Source: Azolla caroliniana (lineage: Eukaryota; Plantae; Polypodiophyta). From it: 64,000 nucleotides of DNA. The stretch spans positions 20,708,001-20,772,000 of the forward strand of contig JBHGNT010000009.1 in the NCBI GenBank assembly GCA_043228905.1, in the 5' to 3' direction. Every line of letters starts with the position of its first letter. The first letter of the stretch is position 1. The notes beneath the pieces are model-generated. The model did not search any database. It saw only the letters and a program-made list of their open reading frames with translations, and was not told the DNA's origin. The position numbers were made by a program, and so were the translations under genes. Shown piece by piece: positions 50,022 through 63,565 of this stretch.

Positions 50022-51295
50022 TAACACCATTTTTAACCATATTATAGTGCATAAGTGGTGGAGGAATATGACCTCATGTACGGTGGATCTATTTCAATGT
50101 TGAGATGAAATTTACATTTGGATCTGGTTCGATACAAATCTGCAAGCAGATGATTTTCAAATTTCCGTTTTTGGTTCTTCAACAAGCAGAAAGGAAGCTT
50201 AGCTTAGGATGGAAGTCTTTAATTATTCTCTCTTAATAATCTGTACTGCTTACCAAAGGCCAGACTAATCTTAAAAAACACTTGGTTGACAACATGGTAC
50301 ACTGTTTTAAATATTTTGAGAACTGATAAATAACAAATGCAAGAAAGCTACTCTTAAGCATCTAGTCTATTAAATACAAGCAAGAAGAATGCATTGGAGT
50401 ATTCTGCACATTGGAGTCTATGCCATCCAAACTCCACAAGAATATATATATTTCATATATAGGTCTGTACTACACCTCATGAAGAATTAGAGTGGTGATT
50501 TCATAAACCATGATTTCATAAATGCAATGATTTCAAACTGTGCTTTAGCATGCAATTCCTTGTTTACGGTGATTTCCACAATCTTGGCTTATGGCTTGGC
50601 AAACAACTGTCACTCGTACTGCAAGAAAGAAAATAATCTTTAATATAGAAATAAATGAATTGTGATACTAGAGTTGTGGATGTTCATTTGACAACCGTGA
50701 AGAAATGAAGTTACTATCTTTTACAAAGCTCGAACAATACTTTCTATGAAGCTCGATGATAGTTAAAAGCATTTGTCATACTCTGCATTAAACCCCATAA
50801 AGAAAGCAAGGCTGAGCTTCAAAAAATCACAATCATCAGCAGCCATATTAACGTCCCCTGATTGATTTTGCCTTCAAGCTTTAACTATGGCATTGGCGTA
50901 ACCAACCCGAATTTCAAGTTATGATCTTACAGTACTTAATTCAAAATGTGTCAGATGTTTTTGAAGACAATTTGACAATAGTTAACTGCACAAGGTATTG
51001 TTATAGTTAGAGCACATTTCCACGAAATCATAATTACAAACATACAAAATGACTGAACATTACCTTTGCTTCATTGTTGAAGGGTTGTACCTGCAAATCA
51101 ACCAATATAAAGTTGAAAAGAAACTTCTCTGTGGATGCTTAACTCGTTTTCCTGATGAAAATAAAGCCTCCACTCCTTCCAGATATTGAAACAGGATTAA
51201 AATTCAATGACATTGTATACAGATGCTTGGGCAACGGATTCCACAAGCAAGAAGTTGGCCTCATTTTTCTTCATTATATTAAAAGGTGTATTCTT

Positions 51296-54200
51296 CTACC
51301 ACTGCTTTTCCATCGCTGCCTTTCCTTCGAAGTCTTGATAAACCAAATCTGCAGCTGCTCGGGCAGCAGCAGCTGAGCTATATTTCTTCCGAAATGAAGT
51401 CAAAAGGGCATTGTGAGATTCCTGTTAAGAAAATAGAGAAAATTCAATAGATGATGCTGAATCCATATGAAAACACTAGTACATAACTTATCAATACCTT
51501 CAAGAGTTGTACTTCCTTTGCAAGGGCGGCTGCAGCCTGTTTCTGTTTCAGACAAAAGTTAAGAAGTGTGGCAGAGGGACAAACTCCAGAAGGACCAAGT
51601 TTTTTCATGGTTTCCCCAAACGCCCCTAATTTTTTGTTATTTCCCCAAACCCTGAATCCTTCAAAGAGCAATTATATGCACTATTTGAGTAAACACTTAT
51701 ATCATCAAATCATCAAAAGAACCAAGCTTTTCTATATCCCCCCAAATGTCCCTAAATTTTTGTTATTTCTCCAAGCCCCTTGCTCAATCCTCAAACAAGA
51801 CAAAAGGGGGATGAATTGACCACCTAATTGCTAAAATAGCACATAACTGAGAAAAAGGGGGAGTTTTCCCTATACTAAATATATGAGACTGCAGTAATGA
51901 ATATAACATATTTCAGTGTGTGAAGAGTACCTGCATTACAATTTTTTCCTCTAGAAGCATGCTTCTCTGTCTTTCCTCAGCTAATGCTACCATTACAGCC
52001 TGGCGATGCTGTTCAACAGTTTGTACTGTCTTGTAAAGCTGGCTTATGCGTGCATCCAAGTCGAGCTGTAGCAAAACCAATCAATTAGTAGCAAAAAACT
52101 CTGAAATACGCCCCAAGTTTTTCCCCCAAATGCCAGTGCCTTGGTCAATCCCCTGAAGAGCAATTCAATTTTAGATGTGGTATTTGAGCATCGTGAAGTA
52201 AAGAAAAGATCTCAGGTTATTTCAAGTTTTTCCCTAATTAATATTATGACAACCATCTGTGGTGTATAAAGAATTACAATGAAAGGTATACCTCATCTTC
52301 TTTCCCCCACTTCTGCTGACTAGGTTCCTTATTTACAACCCGCATCTTGAAGGGTTTCACTTCCTTGCTGTCATCTCGCATCTGTGAACTTCCTCTGTTA
52401 GAGGCCCCAACAGAAAACGTCCTTGCAGGAAATCCATTTTCTGTTGGTAATGCACCATTGCCACTGTCAGAAGCACCTGCCAATGTGTGCTTTGTGCGTG
52501 ACATATTTATCTGTGATTTGAATCCTTGGTATTTGTTGACTCTTGATGACCTGCGAGGATGTTCATCAATCCCATACAAAGACTGTCTAATGGGCTTCTG
52601 TGGAGTTCTCTGTGACTTTGACAATTCATTATTCATAGCCATATTAATGTACTGAGTGGATCTTTGACTCCTATCAACAAATGGGGATTGTGATTTGTTC
52701 TTATCACCATCCAACACAAATCTGCGATGTTCTGGTGAAATAGATATTCTTCTTTCAAAACTGTTTTGCTCCCCTGGCAGAGAACTGAGGTTCCCATACC
52801 ATTGTGATCTAACTATCCTTCGTCTTACTGAAGGCTTTCGAGATCTTTCTCTGAAAATAATCAGCTGTATAATGGAGAATAAAGCCCCAGAAATCACCAT
52901 GCTCAGTGCAACCTCCCTTGAATACAAATATCCATTTAACTGAGGTAAGACTTCTACATTGACAGAATTAAATAATTTAGAATGAGTCAAAATACCAAAA
53001 TAAAGTTACAAGTGAATCTCCAAATAAGTGGCCAAAAACTTACGAGTGAATCTCCAGAATTGTTGTGGTTCTATATTCAAACATTTGCAAGCATTAAAGC
53101 TGCTGGAACATTTGACCTTAAAGAGGAAAATCAAGGTAAGTATTTATATATTGCAAAGTGGAGAAGAGGAGAGGGAGGGGGGTTTGGTTGAAAATTAGTA
53201 ACAAATGATGAAAGAATTCAGTAGAACACAACTTCTGCTTCACTTATAGAACAACAAAAAAACATGTTTATTAACCTTTGGTCTTTTAAACGTGTTTAAC
53301 AAAACTTTGAACCATTCAACATTCTTTAATGAATAGACTAAAATTTTTATCGTCCATGAGGATGCTAATTTTGACCTATGGAACCAATCAGCATATCATC
53401 TTGTATGTGACTCCTTCCTAAGAAGGAGGATTACTGCTCTGCAGTAAAAACTCTCTATGTGAAAATTATGTGTGTGTGTGCGCAACGCACAGAGTGACAG
53501 AGAGAGCCAATCAAGCCATGGTTGTGCCAACTGTTTGGAGAGTGTGAATTTGATACATCGTTGTGGCATGTAGTTTACAAAACGTGATTTATGGTGAAAC
53601 AGAGATGTTTGAAAGTCAGGATTTAAACCCACGACCTTGTGTTGATAACTTGATAGCTTACCACCAGGTTAAGTTGATTACAATACGAGAGATTCATCTA
53701 AAGAAATTAAACGCTTGTTTTAAAATGTCTACTTCAAACAACCACAACAACATATCAGAAATTTTCATTCTAAAACTACTCATACAAACTAAAAAAGTAT
53801 ATATTTCAGTATAGAATAATGTTTTTGACACTTATCAAGAAAATCTAATGCATTACAATAATATATTTAATTCAGATTTAGAAAAAAACTGGGGCTTCAA
53901 GAATTAGTGTGACTTTTTCAAATACTTGTAGAAACGTATCTATTTCTACATATACCATGCAAAAACTTGCATGTATAGTATCTAAAGTATATACAAAAAT
54001 GCAAATGTATATACATATGCAAGATACACATTTGAGTACATAGTGTCTAATGTATATACAAAAATACAAATGTATATATATGCCACATACACATTTGGAT
54101 ACATAGTGTCTAATGTAGATACATATACCATATACACATTTGAAGACATATCCATATCCATATCCAAGAACTTCCAGAGGGAAGATAGAACTGAACATAG

Positions 54201-54876
54201 GATATTAAGAAAATAAAACAAATGCGGCAGCATATTATTATCACCTGTTTTGCCATTTCTTCCTTCAAGGGCACATCTTCTTGTTTTTCTTCAGCTAGTG
54301 CTAAAATAGAAGCTCGATCATACTCAGTTGCTTGAATCTTTCGGTCAAGTTTATTTTTGTATTGTTTTAAATGCTATGGGAAACCCATAAGTAATAGATT
54401 AGCAACATGATAATGTCAATCTGGATCAAAGAATCTCAATTATTGGCTACATTTTAATATGTCCATGTAACAAAATTCAAATATTATACCTCATTTTTGT
54501 CCCTCCATTCACTTGGACTGCCTTCCTTATTATCATGCTCAATTTTCTTACAGTGATATTCCCTAGTATGTGTTCTTATCCCTGAAGAGAAGCTCCTTTC
54601 TTTCTCAACTGTGCTATCATTGAAGTCTGAACCCTCAGACAGTTTATGTGCCCTCTCTATATTCTGCTCAGACTCATACAAACTTCTGTTATGTGAAGTT
54701 TCAAGTTCCTTCAACTTGTTATGCCTAGATGATCTTACAAAGTGTCCCTTCCTCCAATGCAGATGCTGGTCAATCCCTTTCATTGAAGCTTTGCATGGCA
54801 CTGATAGCTCAGTATTCACCAATACACCAGAGATTTTGAGATTGGAAGGGAGCACACAACTCATGTCACTGGACAT
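51296..54876 (-). CDS. Uncharacterised multi-exon protein with possible transit peptide, one TM segment and coiled coils
   Basis: Exon-like ORFs with GT/AG ends at ~54876-54490, 54373-54245, 52939-52291, 52066-51931, 51542-51498 and 51422-51296. TM VALSMVISGALFSIIQLIIF. C-terminus ESHNALLTSFRKKYSSAAAARAAADLVYQ. Start and one micro-exon are uncertain. Confidence 0.6.
53619..53671 (-). other. tRNA-derived/SINE-head-like remnant in an intron
   Basis: Minus strand TAACCTGGTGG (A box) and GGTTTAAATCC (B box) with tRNA-like spacing. Confidence 0.4.
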
Positions 54877-57219
54877 GAATTGCAATATTTCTTCTTGGTC
54901 AGAATGGGCTACATTTCAAACTTAAATGTTCTCCCTTGGAAATCCCATCCTGTGCATGGCTGTCAACAAAATTTTCATTGTGAATGGGATTTCAGTTGCA
55001 TGCCTTTACCTTTAATGTTAGCCTATCAACTAGATTTGGCAAAACAATAACTCTGAACTGACAATGTATCAGCAGGTTAAGAGAGATCCAAATAGTATCC
55101 AAAGCTCAGCATCATAACATAAGTACATTAAACAAGACTCAAAAGCATTAGCCACTGATCTTTTGAGAATTCAGTACTTGCAGCAGGATCAATGTAACTA
55201 CAAAGATCCATAGCTAAACTGTCCTGCTCTGCTAAATTCTGAGTTTCTTCGCATATCAATGGAATAAACAGCGAGCCTCACTCCCTGGAAGCATTGAAAA
55301 AACAAGATAATTATAATTTTTCATGGACTATAATTCGTCACTTTTGGAAATATTGGTCATAATTCTTTCAAAGCACATTAACAATATGTCACCATTTGAA
55401 AGACATCCACAGTAAGAGATGCTTACTTTCTCCATTTATGACATTATGCCAAACTTCGAAGCACTAACAGCATGTCACAGTTTGAAAAGAATCAGTCAGA
55501 AATGCCTATTTTCTTACATTTACAGCGTACAGAAAATTTCATAAAGATTTTAAAAAACATTAACCTGCCGTACCACACATTCCATATCATAGCCTTCCAT
55601 ATCCCTGATGCTTTAACTTTCAAGCAGTATGGCAATAAAAGATGGCAATGAACCTAAGATATTTTAAATTCATTCTTTGACTTTCGATCACACAATCCCT
55701 TTGTGGCAGCACTTTAACTAGAATGAGATACTTCAAAGAGGATTTTATTTATCCTTATCTGGAAAACCAACTCCGTATATAGTGTTTTTCCTCAATGAAG
55801 CCACTGCTATACCAAAGGAAAAAGGATTAGCAGGTTGTTCATATTCAAGTATGTGATGGGTGCAAGACGATTATGGCAAACTTGGTCAATACGCCTGAGG
55901 GAAAAGCTAAAGACTGCAAGTTGTTGACAATTGGCATACATGTTCAGTGAATATAAGAGAGTCCACCATCTATAAGTGATTATCGTATAATCACACATCA
56001 TATTTTCATGAAAAAAGAGAAGATAAAAGTCTACGTGCAAGTGGCTTTTCAAGCTAATCATTGACTGCCCCTCTTTGTGGTGGTCACATGTTCAACCAAT
56101 ATTGTGGCAGCGATGCTCACAGCATTCTTACCTGTGTTTGCAATGAACAATGATGTTTATCAACTACTGTATCTATTTATGCAAGTACATCTGAATCCTT
56201 TCAAACGGGATTCATATGTAAATACCCTCATATCAACCGTAATTTGATCTTAAGTTCTTTTTGCTAAAATGATTGACAACAAATGAGCTTATTTGTTTCT
56301 CTACTTCATAACACAAAGTTGCAAACCAAAAGTCTTTCAGAATTGGATTCTCATTGCATCTTTAGCAAACAATTGATTTCAATTGCATCTATTGGGTGCT
56401 GTAGAATAATTTTTCCTTGAAAGAAAGATTGACACAATTCTCAAAGAAGATGAATAATGTAGGTAAAGGCAAAGAATTTGACAATTTGATACTATTTGCA
56501 TCTTTCAGAGGAAAATGGTTTGCCATCTCTATTGCTGTTGCCAAATAATCTTCCTTTGTAAGTTTTTCCCTCTTTGAGTGGATCTGATTGTCATACAGAA
56601 AAATGTAGGAATTAAGCATAGGTGGAGCCAAAACACGTTGAAAATTTGACCCCCTTTGCATTTTTCGGAGACAGCTTTACACTAGAGGATGATCTTTACA
56701 AAAACTGCCGCTTAAATGCAATTTCTACGTTCGTTAGACTGAAACTCGCAAAGCAGTGGATCAGTAAAAAATGAAAAACGAAGGTTCAGACCATAACCAT
56801 TTGAGGATTTATAAACTAATTTCATCTTTCAAATACAAACGAACTTACAATTGTAAGATATACAGTTTCTGCACAATCTGAAAGAAAGACTTAGATGAAG
56901 CAAAATTAGATGAAGCAAAAATAAGAAGCACAGGTTTTTTATCTCCCATTGCATCTTTCAAAGAAAAAATTGACGATTTCAAAAGCAAACAAAACAGCGC
57001 AAAACAAAGAACAACAGAAAATCAAATCGAAGAAGTTTTCTGAGATTATATATGAACAGCCAGATGCAGCAATACCTTTCTTTTCTGTTTCCATTTCGAT
57101 TTCTTTCTTTCTTTCTGCAGAAGGACGTGAAGAAGCTCCCCTTACTTCGGAAATTAGGGTTTTCGAATGGCTCCAATGTTAGGTCAAAGCAAGGGCTTAA
57201 GATAAATATTATGGATGTT

Positions 57220-57885
57220 TGTGTGTGTGTGTGTGTGTGTGTGTAATACACTCTATGCATGAAATGTATGTATGTATGGTATGTGATGCACAATATGCAT
57301 GCATGCATGTACGAATGTATGTTATGTGATGCATTGCATGCATGCATGTATGTATGTATGTTATGTTATGCATTGTATGTGTGTATGTATATGTATATGT
57401 ATGTATGTCATGTGATGCATTGTATGTATGTATGTATGTATGTATGTATGTATGTATGTATGTATGTATGTATGTATGTATGTATGTTATGTGATACATT
57501 GTATGTATGTATGTATGTATGTATGTATGTATGTATGTATGTATGTTATGTGATACATTGTATGTATGTATGTATGTATGTATGTATGTATGTATGTATG
57601 CCATGTGATGCATTGTATCTATGTATGTTATGTTATGCATTGTATGTATGCATGTGTGTGTGTAATCATGTATGCAAAGGTATGTATGCAAGGATATGTA
57701 TGTGTGTGTTTATATGTATGTATACATGTATGCATGTTAAGCGATGCATTGCATGTTGTGTATGTATGTATGTAAGCATGTATGCAAAGGTATGTATGTA
57801 TGTATGCATGCATGTTATGTGATGCATTGCATGTTGCATGTTGCATGTATTGATGTATGCATGCATGTATGTATGTATGCACTGA
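57220..57885. repeat. Compound microsatellite (TG)n/(TATG)n/(GCAT)n
   Basis: Seen directly in the sequence. Confidence 0.95.
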
Positions 57886-59199
57886 TGAGATTAGGCCACG
57901 ATTCAACATTATGTGACAACATGCATGAACGTACGCAAATCTCATAAAGAGACATAAAACATCCTTGTAACCAATTTAGAGGTATAAATTATATGATTAT
58001 AGTCTATAGAATCACAAGCGTACCTTATTCAAGTTCTTGAATTTAAACTTGCCCGTGATAGTTATTTATGATGTTGCACTCATTATAAACAAATCAAGAT
58101 TTACATGTTCTTAGTATGAGGTAATATACATTGACAAATTGGTCCCAAAAAGTTGTGTTATGCCACTTTTGACAAGCTGGGGTTTAAGAAGGTAGTATCT
58201 ACCTTTTAATCCTTCGTGTTTTTAGTTTGAGATCGTGCAAACAAACAAATTGTTCCTAAAAAATGACTTTACAAAGTCACTTTCCGTAATGCAACAAGTT
58301 ATATATATTGACAACATCACTTTATATTAAAAGAGGCAGCAAAATGAAAAGGCATGTGCAAGTGATGGTAAATACGAGGAAAAGATTGACCAAAAAGTAT
58401 GGAATGATTTGTTATGATAAGATTCGAATTTTGTCTAAGATGTTGGGCAACAAAAATTCAAGAAACAAAAGACAAAGTTTCAAACAATTCACCGTATTTT
58501 TCAAAATTATCGATGGCCTCACATAGGTCTTTGGCTTGTATTTTTCCACCTATCCCATAATTATAGGCAAGCCTTTCCAAATCTCTATTTCCCCTAATCT
58601 TGTACATGTTTCCATGCATGATTTGTCCATGGGTCGTAGTACATATGTTTGTACCTGTGCACGAGAGATTCATGGTGTTCCAAAATGTGGCGTATTGACA
58701 GTACACAACACATCTCTCGCGGGCTAACAATAAAGTTTTAATGTATGTTTTTTTGAGTAGCATGATGGTTGTAAATCACAACCATCCAATTAAATATTAC
58801 CACATCTCTTTCATGTCGTGGACTCCACATTAGTGCATGACCTTTCATTATAAATATTTTCATGTAGAATATGCTTGTCAAAACTAGCTAGAAGCCTATA
58901 GCATGGATTAAGATTAGAGTTGATCAATTAATCGAGCATCACTTCTAAGGTCACACTTCTACTTGTATCCATGTATACCATTTATCACGTGCGCATGTCA
59001 TGTTGTTACCTGATCTTATTGTCTTCCCAAACAAACCACTTATATCATCTCTTCAAACATATATTGCATGCAAAAAGACATGGAGAGAATGATCGTGTGT
59101 GAAAATATCCACGCACATCCCTATGGTCAAAAGGTGAGGTAGAGAATCTTCACCATATAGCCACATGCCACAAGCATAAAGGCAATTCAAAGTATATCA

Positions 59200-59448
59200 A
59201 ATATTTCGTGGAAGTTTTGGGTCCAATATTTTTATTAGACGAGAAGATTTAAGTAACTTTGTTCAACAAAGTTTGGCTTTGTGTGACAAGCCAAACTAAG
59301 GATATATATATATATATATAATATTTCGTGGAAGTTTTGGGTCCAATATTTTTATTAGATGAGAAGATTTAAGTAACTTTATTCAACAAAGTTTGGCTTT
59401 GTGTGACAAGCCAAACTAAGGATATATATATATATATATATATAATAT
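59200..59448. repeat. Tandem duplication, ~120-bp unit x2, each ending in (TA)n
   Basis: AATATTTCGTGGAAGTTTTGGGTCC...CCAAACTAAGGATATATA occurs twice. Confidence 0.9.
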
Positions 59449-61377
59449 TTTAATTAGATCAAGGAATAACGATACTCTTACTAGCACAATATGAACAATG
59501 AAAGAGTATATCATGCATACATAAATAACCACACTTTCTATTCAAAACAATAAAATCCGGTATAATCATCCCTAGCAACGATTTTATCTGATCATCAAGG
59601 CACATGGATAGTTATAGTTGAGAGCATAATCATTGATATTTTCCAAGTAATAAACTGCAAATACGAAACATTTACGATTCATAAGCTACACTATATGATG
59701 ATAATCGTGGTAATAACACTTCTCTAAGTTCCGATGTCATTGATTACACATAACCTTGAACTTAGAAGTTTAATTTAATAAAACTAAAATTCATAGAATC
59801 TCATTCATTTTCAAGATTGAACAAGAGTCTTTGTATCTCGAACAAGAACGCACACATGATGTACCAAAAAGGGAGCATGAACTGCAATGTCACCTCTCTA
59901 TTAGCTCACAAGAGTGCGAAAAGAATGGTATTGTACAAAAATGCATTGTGCACATTAAGGTTTTGAAATAACTTTAAATAAAACAGGTGTCTCCTCATAC
60001 AAGCACTGAGAACTAGGAGAGCTACATAATGCTACAGACATGATTGGTAACACCACAAAAGCATATAAGCAGTATACATGTCAACCAAGCAAATAGGAAG
60101 AAAGAAATTTATATCAATATCAGTTAGCCACAAGCATCAAAAACCAACAGGCCCACATTTAGTACAACAGATATGCATGGCTTATCCACACAAAAGCATA
60201 AGCAATGTTTGTTGCAACAGATCGAGAAGCATATAAGGAAATCTATATTAATGCTTACCAAAGGTAGAAGTTGAAAACCTATCATGGAGACAAACATAAC
60301 CTATGTAGTCGTATACAATAATAATCTGAACATCCCTAAATGAAGGAGCCCTCACAAATTAGATATCAGATAGGGAATGCAAACTACAATGGATTCTTCA
60401 GTTCTTCAGTTTAGAGCTCGAAATGTATGCACTACAATACTCTTCTATTTACCCTGGGCAGGGAATTATACACATTTTTGAATGTGTATTTGCAATGACC
60501 ACAAACAGAGATCATATGCTTTACTCTGTTTGTGGTCATTGCAGTTCTTCAGTTTAGTCATATTTGCAGAGACTCAACCAGAGTAACATGACCATTGCAA
60601 TGACCACAAACAGAGATCATATTCTTTACTGCAGAACTTTATACCATTAAAATAAACAACATTTGTTGAAAGATCAACATAAGACGCATTACCACTGTCT
60701 TCACAGGTTTCAAAACCAAACCCCAAATCTATACATTAGCCATCACCATCAATGATCAAAACACAACAGTGGGAATAACATTTTACAATAAAAATCTGTC
60801 ACACACAATGTGCAGAATTTGCCATGAACTACTTTCCAAGCATATAAAACACGCATTAAAAAAAATTCAACCTGAAAAAGTAAAATGCTGTCCTCACAAA
60901 CCCCTTCAAGACTAGAATATAACATCTGAAAACAGACCTCAAAACCAGTCATGAAATGTTGTCTGGAGATGACGTAGCAAGAACCGAATTACCACTTCAT
61001 CAAATATTAGATTACAATCATCAGTATCACAAGTAAACAGCAAATAACTTGGAACGGATTCAAAAACACCCACATAACTCCTCAATAACAACTAGCCAAA
61101 ACCTCCAGCAAAACGATTAATTGCCCAGAATAAAGAAGACCCAATAAAACGTTTCCTGGAAGCTACACAAGCATACCTCGAATGTTTCCCTTTCCCCTGT
61201 TTTCACAACTTAAAATTTCTTGCCAGTTTCGACTGTCAGAACTTCAAACTTTATATCGAAGCATATCATCTTCGATATATGCCATTGTTAAACGCTTTTT
61301 GCATAATACTATAACGTCAATTCATTTTTCACCATTACTTCCTAGTAAACTTTAAAAAAAAGGTCATAAAAATGAAC

Positions 61378-62838
61378 TCATGATGATTCATGAAAAGCCC
61401 TTGGAGAGTTCTCTGGAGTCTTCAGAACTTGCTGCTGGGGCCCACTTTTATGAGCTTCAACGGCATCTCTAAAGCTTCCGGCCGACAAACTATCTCTAAA
61501 TTTTACAGCGTAGGTAGTCAAACCACTCTTCCCTTCCACCGCACTGTTTACACAAGCAAACGTAACACCCCGACTATCCATAGCTGTTAGCTTCATATCG
61601 GCAAAGAGCCCTGCATTCAGAAGAAGCTTGTAGTTCCCTTTAGACCTCATCACGAGCCTCGGTTTGGAGGTTTTGTCCTCAGGAACATTCACCTTCATCT
61701 CTCCTTTCCCTCGTTCTTTCCATGATCTATCTGCAAACTCAAATAGAGTCGCATCCCCTCCAAAAACCACTCTTTCTTGTTCCTCCCCCGTTTGAACTGA
61801 AACCTCCTGGAATTGAGCTGAGGTTGGGGGAGGAGGTTGAGAAAAAGCGGGAGATGTAGAAAAAGCTGTGCTTGCTTGATTCCCAAAGAGCTGAAATGAT
61901 GAGGAATCAACATTGCCACTACCTGTACCAAAGGTGGTGGTGGACGCAGTGCTTGAACCTGATCCAGAACTAGATCCTGAACCAAATGCCCATGTTGAGC
62001 TAAACAATGCAAACCCAGTGGGCGGTGTTTCAGCGGATGCAGCTCCTGTCCCGAAAGAGAAAGGTCCTTTTGGTAATGTACTCTTAGAAGCATCTTCAGA
62101 TGCTTCAGACAAATTTGGATTGTCCTTTGCCACAACTGATTCAGATGAATCATCTTGACCTAGCTCCTCATTTTCTTCACCTGCCCCCTTGCTTCCATCG
62201 CCGTTGCCCTTGTTTTCATCAGCTTTACCGTTGTTTTCATAACCTTCACTCTTGTTTTCTTCATCTTCGCCCTTACTTTGATCCTTGGGTGAAACAACAA
62301 CTTGTTGGTGCCTGTCACTATAACCACCATTTGTCTCCTTGTCATTGCCACCTCTGTCATTATCACCACTTTCTCTCGAAGGAACATCCACAACAGGCTC
62401 AATCTTCTCATCTTCTTTATCTTTAGTAACAGTTTCATCATCACACTTCTCTTTACTTGATTCTTCTTCTGCCACATTTACACTACCTGTGGCATTTGCA
62501 ATGAATGGTTTCACCCCATCATTGACATTGGTTGCTTTGGCACCTTCAGCTGCGGCTACAGAGGGCACATTCGTACTCGGGACTGAGACCTTGTCTTCCG
62601 AGGTCGGAGCCACAAGGCGGATCGAAGCAAATGGGTTGGGGCCAGAAGAGGCAGCAGGATTTGATCCACGCCGTACCTTCACAATCCGGCGGCTGGCAAG
62701 AACCTCTTCAGAAGCTTTAGGGAAGGATCCAGATTCTAGGGGAGTTGGAACATGGCCTTCTGAATCGGAGCTTTCATCATCTTTGGAGATTTGACGAGAT
62801 GCCCCTCTTTTCTTTGCTGGAGGACCATTGTCGCTCAT
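61378..62838 (-). CDS. NUP50: Nuclear pore complex protein NUP50 (N-terminal importin-alpha-binding motif, FG region, C-terminal RanBD)
   Basis: KKRGASRQISKD, FPKASEEVLASRRIVKVRR, FSFG, V.VQTGEE, WKERGKGE, RLVMR..GN.KLLLNA. Intronless CDS from ATG at 62838. Confidence 0.92.
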   Translation of the reverse strand: MSDNGPPAKKRGASRQISKDDESSDSEGHVPTPLESGSFPKASEEVLASRRIVKVRRGSNPAASSGPNPFASIRLVAPTSEDKVSVPSTNVPSVAAAEGAKATNVNDGVKPFIANATGSVNVAEEESSKEKCDDETVTKDKEDEKIEPVVDVPSRESGDNDRGGNDKETNGGYSDRHQQVVVSPKDQSKGEDEENKSEGYENNGKADENKGNGDGSKGAGEENEELGQDDSSESVVAKDNPNLSEASEDASKSTLPKGPFSFGTGAASAETPPTGFALFSSTWAFGSGSSSGSGSSTASTTTFGTGSGNVDSSSFQLFGNQASTAFSTSPAFSQPPPPTSAQFQEVSVQTGEEQERVVFGGDATLFEFADRSWKERGKGEMKVNVPEDKTSKPRLVMRSKGNYKLLLNAGLFADMKLTAMDSRGVTFACVNSAVEGKSGLTTYAVKFRDSLSAGSFRDAVEAHKSGPQQQVLKTPENSPRAFHESS

Positions 62839-62961
62839 TTTTGCAGGTAAAGGAGCGTGTGAACGAGTGATTAAATAGATACACAAAGCAAAAGAAAGCC
62901 TAGGAAAGTAACAGAAAACATCTTGTGAGAACCTTTGGGAAGAATCAAATAAAATAAAAAG

Positions 62962-63042
<81 letters not shown>

Positions 63043-63240
63043 ATAAAAACACAAAATGATTATATGAAAACCCTTGGGCAGATCTAAAATCTCTTTCTTG
63101 CTGTTTCTCTCACGAACCTCTGTAAAGTTGTAGGCACACCCAAAAATCCCTCTTTTCTAGGTCGCCCTTGCAGTTTCTCCGAGACAGGGACAGGTCTTCT
63201 GCCTCTGCCTCTCCACCACTTCACTGACTTTGTCAGTCTA

Positions 63241-63419
63241 AACCCTAAAACGACCATGTTCAGACAATTGGGCAAACCCAAAACCATTCTACCATTATCA
63301 CTCTATCTCAAAGCCATAAAAAGGTTTTCTGTCCGTCTGCTTGTCTGTCTCTCCCTCTCCCTCTCTCTCTCTTGTTTTCTATCTCTCTTTGTTTCTGTTT
63401 CCGTCTCATCAAACCCTAA
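63241..63419 (+). promoter_or_regulatory. Telo-box motifs (AAACCCTAA) in the NUP50 5' region
   Basis: Exact AAACCCTAA at 63241 and 63411. Confidence 0.4.
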
Positions 63420-63463
63420 AATGTCCATGTTAGAACCTTTTAGCAGGTAGACCTACTCACTCA

Positions 63464-63565
<102 letters not shown>

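Noticed and set aside
57209-57947. Stacked ORFs in several frames
   Set aside because: Artefacts of the (TATG)n repeat.
62839-63054. N-terminal extension of the NUP50 ORF (CVCV/RERE)
   Set aside because: Microsatellite-derived; homology begins at MSDNGPPAKKR.
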